Origin: Arcobacter sp.
GTDB lineage: Bacteria; Campylobacterota; Campylobacteria; Campylobacterales; Arcobacteraceae
DNA length: 23,391 nucleotides
Reading direction: 5' to 3'
Assembly: GCA_965662175.1 (NCBI GenBank)
Contig: CBFIGT010000027.1
Span: 1 to 23,391, forward strand
Program-made: the position numbers and the translations under genes
The notes under the pieces: generated by a model
Database searches by the model: none
The model's input: only the letters and a program-made list of their open reading frames with translations
What the model was told of the DNA's origin: nothing
Shown: in pieces, positions 16,851 to 23,391 of the stretch
Position numbering within the stretch: position 1 is the first letter of the stretch
How the letters are laid out: every line of letters begins with the position of its first letter

Positions 16851-19625
16851 TTATTTTATCTCTTTGGTAAACTCCTCAAAAAGATAAGTGGAAAGGGGTT
16901 TTTCTAACTTTAACTCTAACTCTATGGGTCTGTTATTTTTATATTTATGATTTTTTGCAAGACCTAAATATATAAAATTTTGTACTTTTTTATCAACATG
17001 TGAAAATTTCCTTACAAAAATATGAAGTTTTACTCCAAATTTATCAATATTTATCAATTTTTCACCATCACCTTTATCAATTGACATACTTGGTTTGCTA
17101 ATATAAGTAAAACGCTCTTTGTCTAAAAAGTCATTTTGATATTTTGAAGCTTTTGAAAACTTATCCTTTTCAATAGTAATAAAAAGAAAAAAGTCATTTT
17201 GGTATTTTAAAAATCCGCTTCCCCTAAAAGAGCTATGTATTTTTGGAAAATTACAAAGTTTTGCAATATTTAACATATTATAAGATTCATAAAGTTTTAA
17301 AAATGGTATTCCATAATCTTTTATACCAAAACTCTTTTCATAAACCAAAATCCCATAATTTATAAGATCTAAAAAATACTCTTTAAAGCTGCTATTTTCT
17401 AAAAGCTTTTTAAACTCTTTTGTTTTTATTAACTTTTCATCTTCAAACTCAACAAGTTTTAAAAATCTTCCAACTTGAGCACTATCATGAAACTCTTGAT
17501 TTAAAAATCTAAAACTATGATTTATACTCTCTTTTAATGGCTTTTCCAAATAGTTTTCAAGTACTTTAAATATGCTATTTTCATCACAAAAACTATTTTC
17601 ACAAAGATACTTAAGTATAGAAAATTCATATACTCTTTTTATAGGTAAAAGTGATTCTAGGAATCTACAAGCTTTTATAAAATCACTATTTTTACACATA
17701 AGAAGAAACTCATCTTTTTTTTCAACTTTTGCCAAGAACTCTATATAAGAGCGACTTTCACTAATAAAAGGAAGAGGTGAGATAAAATCATCATAAGCAA
17801 TATAATCCTCTAAAGTAGCTATTTTATTTCCTAAAATAGCTTTAAACTCAAAATATTTCTCTTTTAAATACTTCATACAATTAAAGTTTTCATCATCAAT
17901 TTGCTCTAATATTCTATTTTTAGAGATTTCATCCATACTTATATATGCATTTTTTATATTTGCAAAGTTATTTAAAATTGATAACTTTATACTCTCTTTA
18001 TCAATCTTTTTATTTCCCACTAATGCCAAAGCTATTAAATAAGCTTTTTTATGATTTCCAATAAAATCCAAAAGTGTCAAGAACTCTTTTTTATCACTTT
18101 TTCTAAGTCCACGTCCAAGTTGCTGTACAAAAATAATTGCTGAGTTTGTTGGTCTTAACATCAAAACTGTATTTATTGATGGAATATCAATCCCCTCATT
18201 AAAAATATCAACAGAAAAAATCACTTCCAAACTACACTTATCATTTTCAAGCTCTTTTATAATCTTTTCTCTTTTTTCTATTGAGTCATTACTTGTTAAA
18301 TAAGTTGAAACAACTCCTCTTTTATTAAACTCTTCACTCATATAAAAAGCATGCTCTTTTGAGACACAAAAAGCTAAAGCTTTTCTTTTATTTCCACTAA
18401 AACCATAAAAGTTCATCTTCTCTATTATAAAATCAACCCTTCTATTTACCATCAAAAGTTTTGCTAATAAATCTATTTTTGATAAATCTATTTCACTATA
18501 ATCTATAGATTCAATATCACTTATTCCATAATAATGAAATGGTGTAATAAGACTATTTTCCAAAGCATCATTTAGTCTTATATCACAAGCAATATTTTCA
18601 TCAAAAATATCATAAATAGATTTTTTATCACTTCTATTTGGAGTTGCTGTTAAACCTAATAAAAAACTTGGTTTAAAATACTCAATTACCTTTTCATATG
18701 AATTAGCGCTTATATGATGGGCTTCATCTACAACTATATAATCAAACTCTTTTTGAGAAAAGTTCTCATAATTTGAACTTAGGGTTTGAATAGTTGCAAA
18801 TATATAATCCTTTTCTAGCTCTTTTTTATTTCCTGTATATAATCCACAAGATTTATTTGAAATAATATTTTCAAAACTCTCTTTTGCTTTTATTAAAATA
18901 TTTTCCCTATGAACAATAAAAAGTGCCCTTTTTGCTTTGAAATTTTTTATATCAATTGCAGCTAAATATGTTTTTCCTGAACCCGTTGCTGCTATACATA
19001 AGGCTTTTGATTGATTGTTTTTTCTAAAAAAGTTTAATTTTTCCACTGCCTCTTTTTGCATATGATTTAAAATAAACTCTTTTTTATAAACAAACTTCTC
19101 TAAAACTTGTTTTTTACAAAATTCATCATAAGCCTTTATAAACTCTTCATCAACACTGAGTGAATTTTCAAATAATGAGTTAAACTCAAAAAAAATCTCT
19201 TTTGTAAAAATATCATCTTTTTTTGATATGCTTTTTATATTCCATTCGATATTTGTCTTAAAAGCACTAGCTGTTATATTTGAAGAACCAAGTAAAATCT
19301 TATACTCATTTTCATACTCAAAAATATAAGCTTTTGTATGAAAACCCCTATTTTCCATATTTGAATCATATATTTTCAACTCAATATTATCAAAGTTCAA
19401 TAAACTTAAAAGAGCTTTCCCTTGGGTAAAATTTAGATAAGTTGATGTTAGAATCTTCCCTTTAATACCTTTTTTTCTACAAGTTTCTAAGCTATCAAGA
19501 AGTAATTGAACTCCTGAAAAATTTACAAAAGCTACACTAAAATAGAAACTTTTACAATCTTTTAAAAGATTTGTAATATGATTATAAAAATTTGAAGCCT
19601 CACTATTTACAATAAGTTTATTCAA
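16851..19625 (-). CDS. PLD-nuclease / SF2 helicase / DUF3427 fusion, SauUSI-like type IV (modification-dependent) restriction enzyme
   Basis: PLD 'FHTKAYIF...GSSNITASA...NIEWN', Walker A 'ATGSGKT', 'DEAHH', 'LTATP', 'DIFNEGIDIP', 'QQLGRGLR', C-terminal 'FLFITIEK...YQNDF...LHIFVRK...FIYLG' (DUF3427-like). No adjacent methyltransferase. Confidence 0.85.
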   Translation of the reverse strand: MNKLIVNSEASNFYNHITNLLKDCKSFYFSVAFVNFSGVQLLLDSLETCRKKGIKGKILTSTYLNFTQGKALLSLLNFDNIELKIYDSNMENRGFHTKAYIFEYENEYKILLGSSNITASAFKTNIEWNIKSISKKDDIFTKEIFFEFNSLFENSLSVDEEFIKAYDEFCKKQVLEKFVYKKEFILNHMQKEAVEKLNFFRKNNQSKALCIAATGSGKTYLAAIDIKNFKAKRALFIVHRENILIKAKESFENIISNKSCGLYTGNKKELEKDYIFATIQTLSSNYENFSQKEFDYIVVDEAHHISANSYEKVIEYFKPSFLLGLTATPNRSDKKSIYDIFDENIACDIRLNDALENSLITPFHYYGISDIESIDYSEIDLSKIDLLAKLLMVNRRVDFIIEKMNFYGFSGNKRKALAFCVSKEHAFYMSEEFNKRGVVSTYLTSNDSIEKREKIIKELENDKCSLEVIFSVDIFNEGIDIPSINTVLMLRPTNSAIIFVQQLGRGLRKSDKKEFLTLLDFIGNHKKAYLIALALVGNKKIDKESIKLSILNNFANIKNAYISMDEISKNRILEQIDDENFNCMKYLKEKYFEFKAILGNKIATLEDYIAYDDFISPLPFISESRSYIEFLAKVEKKDEFLLMCKNSDFIKACRFLESLLPIKRVYEFSILKYLCENSFCDENSIFKVLENYLEKPLKESINHSFRFLNQEFHDSAQVGRFLKLVEFEDEKLIKTKEFKKLLENSSFKEYFLDLINYGILVYEKSFGIKDYGIPFLKLYESYNMLNIAKLCNFPKIHSSFRGSGFLKYQNDFFLFITIEKDKFSKASKYQNDFLDKERFTYISKPSMSIDKGDGEKLINIDKFGVKLHIFVRKFSHVDKKVQNFIYLGLAKNHKYKNNRPIELELKLEKPLSTYLFEEFTKEIK

Positions 19626-19717
19626 AACACCCTCTTTTTTTTTAAATATAGTTTACATAATTATTTATAAAACACATGAAAGAAATAAAGTTCAAACATT
19701 TTATGTTATTATATTAA

Positions 19718-21997
19718 ATGCAAAATGAATTAGAAAATAAAACAAAAAAATACAATAATAGTCTATATATTGTATTAACGATAGTTTTTCTTTTATTACT
19801 ATCAACAACTTATTTAGATATTAAATCAAAAAATACTCATTTAAATGAACACTTAAGAGTACTTGAAAATAATGTAATAAGTGAGTATGAAATAAGATTA
19901 AAAGAGTCTATTCACACAACAACAGCTTATATTGATAATCTTTACGAATTTTACCTAAAGAAACAAAATAATAACAATAAAAACCTAAATGAAGAAAATT
20001 ATAAACTTTTTGAAGAAAATGTTAGAGAGTATTTATATACAAGTATTTATGGAAAAGTTAGATATACATGGGTTAATAAAATTCTTAATTTTAGTGGTGG
20101 TGATAATTATGCAATAAGATTAATTCACCCAAATTTGAAAAATAGCGAGGGTATTTATCTCTCCACAAATCTTAAAGATATAAAAGGAAACACTCCTTAT
20201 TTAGAAGAGTTAAATGGTATAAATAAAGAGGGTGAAATCTTTTATTCCTACTATTTTAAAGAGTATAAAACAAATATAATTACAAAAAAACTATCCTATG
20301 CAAAACTATACAAAAGATTAAACTGGGTAATTGCTACAGGTATTCCTTTGGATTTATTAAACCAAAAAATTGATTTACATAAACAAACACTTCAAAAAGA
20401 GTATGATAAATATCTTCTTATTATATTGAGTATAAAAAGTTTACTTCTATTGATTTTAGTATTAGCTGTATATATTCTAAAATCAAAAACAAGTAAATAT
20501 CTTTTTGAAAATCTAAATAAATCATATAATGATTTAAAATATTTAAATGAAAAACTATCTATTGCCACACAATCAGCCAAAATTGGTATTTGGAAATGGA
20601 ATATCAAAGAAAATATTGTTGAGTGGGATGAAAGAATGTATCAAATTTATGAACAAAATCCAAGTAAAAGTAAAAATACCTATGAACTTTGGAAAAACTC
20701 GCTCTATAAAAGTGATAAAGAGATTGCTAGTAGGGAGCTTTTAGATACTGTTGAAAAAAATCAACTCTATTTTGCAGTTTTTAGAATTAATACAAAAAGT
20801 GGAATTAAATATATAAATGCAACAGGAAAAACTGTTTATGATAATAATAAGAATCCCCTTTATGTTGTAGGGACTAATCGTGATATAACAAAAGAGAAAG
20901 AGCAAGAGATTTTAATCAAAAGACAAAGTGACTCTATTAGTAAACATGTTATTTACTCAAGAACAGATATAAATGGTATTATTTATGATGTAAGTGAAGC
21001 TTTTTGTAAAATCTCAGGATACTCAAAAGAGGAACTTATAGGTAATTCACACAATATGCTAAGAACACCTGAAATGCCTGATAAACTCTACAAAAAATTA
21101 TGGGAAAACTTAAAAGAAGAAAAAAATTGGCAAGGGGAGATAAAAAATAGAAAAAAAGATGGAACTTTTTATTGGGTTTATTCTGATATATCCCCTGAAT
21201 ATGATAATAATGAAAACCTAATAGGATATATATCTATTAGAAGTGATATTACTATAATCAAAGAGCTAGAAGAGAAACAAATTCAATTTTTAGAACAATC
21301 AAAAATGGCATCTTTAGGTGAGATGATTGGAAATATTGCACACCAATGGAGACAACCTCTAAGCGTAATAACAACAGCTTCAACAGGAATAATACTACAA
21401 AAAGAGAATGGAATATTAACAGATAAACTTCTTTATGATGAATTAAATGAGATTAATGAAACAGCACAATATCTATCTGAAACTATTAATACTTTTAGAG
21501 ACTTCGTAAAAGAAAAAAAAGTTTATAAAGAGGTTCTTTTACAAGATAGAGTTAATCAATCGCTAAAACTTTTAAACTCAACAATTAAAAGTAATCATAT
21601 TACACTTATAAATAATATAGAGAAAAAAGAGCCTGTTTATATCTCAATTGTTTTAGGAGAGCTTTCTCAAGTTTTAATAAACATAATAAATAACTCAAAA
21701 GATGCAATAATAGAAAATAAGATTGTTGAACCATTTATTAAACTTGATTTAGAACTATTTAATGATAAAATTATACTAACTATTGAAGATAATGCAGGTG
21801 GAATTCCCCAAGAGTTTATATCTAAAATTTTTGAACCATATTTTACAACCAAACACAAAAGTCAAGGTACAGGACTTGGTTTATATATGAGTCATAAAAT
21901 TATTCATGATAGCTTAAAAGGAAAACTTTATGCTAAAAATACTCAATATGGAATTAAATTTTTTATTGAACTACCATTAAAAAAGATAAAAAAATAA
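19718..21997 (+). CDS. Sensor histidine kinase with periplasmic Cache domain and two PAS domains
   Basis: TM-periplasm-TM with Cache-like 'KKLSYAKLYKRLNWVIATG', PAS_3 'IGIWKWNI', Aer-like PAS 'SRTDING...SHNMLRTPEMP...KNRKKDGTFYWV', 'IAHQWRQP', 'DNAGGI', 'GTGLGL'. Confidence 0.92.
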   Translation: MQNELENKTKKYNNSLYIVLTIVFLLLLSTTYLDIKSKNTHLNEHLRVLENNVISEYEIRLKESIHTTTAYIDNLYEFYLKKQNNNNKNLNEENYKLFEENVREYLYTSIYGKVRYTWVNKILNFSGGDNYAIRLIHPNLKNSEGIYLSTNLKDIKGNTPYLEELNGINKEGEIFYSYYFKEYKTNIITKKLSYAKLYKRLNWVIATGIPLDLLNQKIDLHKQTLQKEYDKYLLIILSIKSLLLLILVLAVYILKSKTSKYLFENLNKSYNDLKYLNEKLSIATQSAKIGIWKWNIKENIVEWDERMYQIYEQNPSKSKNTYELWKNSLYKSDKEIASRELLDTVEKNQLYFAVFRINTKSGIKYINATGKTVYDNNKNPLYVVGTNRDITKEKEQEILIKRQSDSISKHVIYSRTDINGIIYDVSEAFCKISGYSKEELIGNSHNMLRTPEMPDKLYKKLWENLKEEKNWQGEIKNRKKDGTFYWVYSDISPEYDNNENLIGYISIRSDITIIKELEEKQIQFLEQSKMASLGEMIGNIAHQWRQPLSVITTASTGIILQKENGILTDKLLYDELNEINETAQYLSETINTFRDFVKEKKVYKEVLLQDRVNQSLKLLNSTIKSNHITLINNIEKKEPVYISIVLGELSQVLINIINNSKDAIIENKIVEPFIKLDLELFNDKIILTIEDNAGGIPQEFISKIFEPYFTTKHKSQGTGLGLYMSHKIIHDSLKGKLYAKNTQYGIKFFIELPLKKIKK

Positions 21998-22016
21998 ATA
22001 TATTAATAGGATAAAA

Positions 22017-22379
22017 ATGAACAAACTAATAATTAAATCAAATAATAGTAAAAAATTTACTTTATATTGCCCATTTACAAATGAAAAACTTGATAATGAT
22101 AATAATTCATTTGAAATATATGAGGGTGCTGGTAACTATTTATTTTCTATGTGTGAAGATTGTCTTTTTTTTGATGCAGGAAATAATGCTGAAATCGAAA
22201 AATATTGGAGGGACTCTGCACTTGAAGCTATAGAGAAATTTGTAAATAATCATAAAGAAGAGAACATTCTAATAATCGAAGTAGAAGATAAAGATGATAC
22301 ATATTTTTATGGCTTTTTAAATGAAGATAATATAGAACTAAGTAATGAAGAGATTAAAAAAAGATTTATAAACTATTAA
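22017..22379 (+). CDS. Hypothetical acidic protein with CPF and CxxC motifs
   Basis: 120-aa ORF with SD AGGA, 19 nt after the kinase stop, followed by a terminator hairpin. No family recognised. Confidence 0.7.
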   Translation: MNKLIIKSNNSKKFTLYCPFTNEKLDNDNNSFEIYEGAGNYLFSMCEDCLFFDAGNNAEIEKYWRDSALEAIEKFVNNHKEENILIIEVEDKDDTYFYGFLNEDNIELSNEEIKKRFINY

Positions 22380-22406
22380 ATAATTAGAAGTTTTCTTCTA
22401 ATTATT
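22379..22406. terminator. Bidirectional terminator-like hairpin
   Basis: AATAATTAGAAG-TTTT-CTTCTAATTATT is a perfect 12-bp inverted repeat between two convergent ORFs. Confidence 0.7.
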
Positions 22407-22410
22407 AATA

Positions 22411-22548
22411 TTACTTTGTAGTACTAGATGATTTACTAGATACTTTAATACCAGCTTTGCTACAAGCATCTTTTAGATTTTCATTGTTTTGAATTAATCT
22501 AATAAACACTTCAACTTTTTGGGCTAATTCCATATTTGTTATTGACAT
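22411..22548 (-). CDS. Unannotated 45-aa small protein, HTH-fragment-like
   Basis: ATG at 22548 preceded by AAAGGA. Translation MSITNMELAQKVEVFIRLIQNNENLKDACSKAGIKVSSKSSSTTK*. The stop is immediately followed by the hairpin at 22379-22406. Confidence 0.62.
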   Translation of the reverse strand: MSITNMELAQKVEVFIRLIQNNENLKDACSKAGIKVSSKSSSTTK

Positions 22549-22621
22549 ATTTATCCTTTCTATTTTTCTAACTAGGATAAGAATTCAGAATGTGAGATAT
22601 TTAGATTTCTATAATAGTATT

Positions 22622-22698
<77 letters not shown>

Positions 22699-22938
22699 GT
22701 TTGAAAATAAAAATATTAAAAACAATATTTGTAGTAAATGTAGCAAATGATTAAAAATGAAGTTTTGAGTTAAATTTTTAAGATAATACTAAGTAAATGA
22801 TAAAAGCGATAGTCTTCAACTTTTATAGGAGTGAGTATATCTGAACTTTCTTAATAAGAGATTATAAAACTACCTATAAACCATATAATAAACTTTAATC
22901 TGATATAATCATTAAAAATTCCTTAAAGGAAAAATATA

Positions 22939-23391
22939 ATGAGTGGTACAGGCCATCTTATCCTAATGTTTGCTGAAGCTTTCTTTTTGTCAATATTTCT
23001 TTATATTTTAATACGTTTAAAGCCATGGCTTGGATTTAGTCCTTTATTTGTAACAGTAGGTTCGTTACAATTTGTTCAAGTAATACTTGCAATGAGTCTT
23101 TATATTGAAGTTTTCCCTGGCCTACTCATTAGTCCTGGTTCATCAGTATTTTTTGTAGGAACAATTTTAGGGGTATTACTTGTTTATATTGTAAATGATG
23201 CGTTAAGTACTAGGAAATTGATATATAGTTTATTAATTGCCAATGTATTTTTGAGTTTAATAACAATCTCAATAAGTCAACATTTTTTAGGAGAAGATAT
23301 TCATTTCTTTGTTGATTTACCTCGTGAAGTTTTTTTACAACACCCTAGAGTAATGATTGTTGGTACATTAGCATTATTTATTGACACTATT
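22939..23391 (+). CDS. Multi-pass membrane protein, VUT/YhhQ-like, truncated by the window edge
   Basis: ATG 22939 with SD AAAGGA and an open frame to the window end: MSGTGHLILMFAEAFF...ISPGSSVFFVGTILGVLLVYIVNDALSTRKLIYSLLIANVF...LQHPRVMIVGTLALFIDTI. At least five hydrophobic segments. Family assignment is from motif resemblance only. Confidence 0.75.
   Translation, partial: MSGTGHLILMFAEAFFLSIFLYILIRLKPWLGFSPLFVTVGSLQFVQVILAMSLYIEVFPGLLISPGSSVFFVGTILGVLLVYIVNDALSTRKLIYSLLIANVFLSLITISISQHFLGEDIHFFVDLPREVFLQHPRVMIVGTLALFIDTI

Noticed and set aside
776..21858. Short antisense or out-of-frame ORFs in the track (776-1078, 988-1221, 2888-3160, 3425-3610, 4009-4452, 5834-6175, 6602-6952, 7514-7744, 8116-8313, 9641-9871, 13337-13573, 13513-13704, 20392-20607, 20547-20744, 21667-21858)
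   Set aside because: All overlap well-supported genes, show the F/S/L/I-rich composition of shadow ORFs or no recognisable motif, and have no independent support.
2100..21900. Near-identical short DNA stretches in the two kinases (CACCAATGGAGACAACC; GATAATGCAGGTGGAAT)
   Set aside because: These encode conserved H-box and G1-box motifs of paralogous kinases and are not mobile-element repeats.
22017..22040. Shared N-terminal 'MNKLI' between the hypothetical protein and the restriction enzyme
   Set aside because: Codons differ, similarity ends after a few residues, and such starts are common in AT-rich genomes.
22731..22800. Imperfect short repeats (TAGTAAATG, TAGCAAATG, TAAAAATG, AGTAAATG) upstream of tRNA-fMet
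   Set aside because: Degenerate, low-complexity and without spacers, so not a CRISPR array. No supportable structure.

Overview
Very AT-rich bacterial chromosomal segment. The abundant 'IAHQWRQP'-type kinases, the REC-PilZ regulator and the promoter style suggest Campylobacterota, probably Arcobacteraceae (inference). It runs from tRNA-Arg(UCU) to just past the initiator tRNA-fMet. Left to right it holds a c-type-heme/PAS histidine kinase with a REC-PilZ partner, thiD-thiE-CbiX-like chelatase, and a renalase-like oxidoreductase/phasin-like/ABC1(UbiB)-kinase unit. Convergent on that unit is a 7-gene minus-strand run: photolyase, CrtD/CrtI-like desaturase, LytS-type kinase, LytTR regulator, exported glutathione peroxidase, SRPBCC protein and ferrochelatase. 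These are followed by mltC, an LRV-repeat/Cys-rich protein, a SauUSI-like PLD-helicase-DUF3427 protein (likely type IV restriction), an orphan Cache/PAS kinase, a hypothetical protein, an unannotated 45-aa ORF, tRNA-fMet and the 5' part of a VUT-like membrane protein. The main discovery is a bipartite motif, CTWACA-N5-YARCTA, lying exactly 21 nt upstream of a sigma70 -10 hexamer in front of three separate transcription units (photolyase, peroxidase, renalase-like). This points to a photo-oxidative stress regulon that may be controlled by the embedded LytS/LytTR pair rather than by the usual RpoE-ChrR or LitR/CarH regulators.
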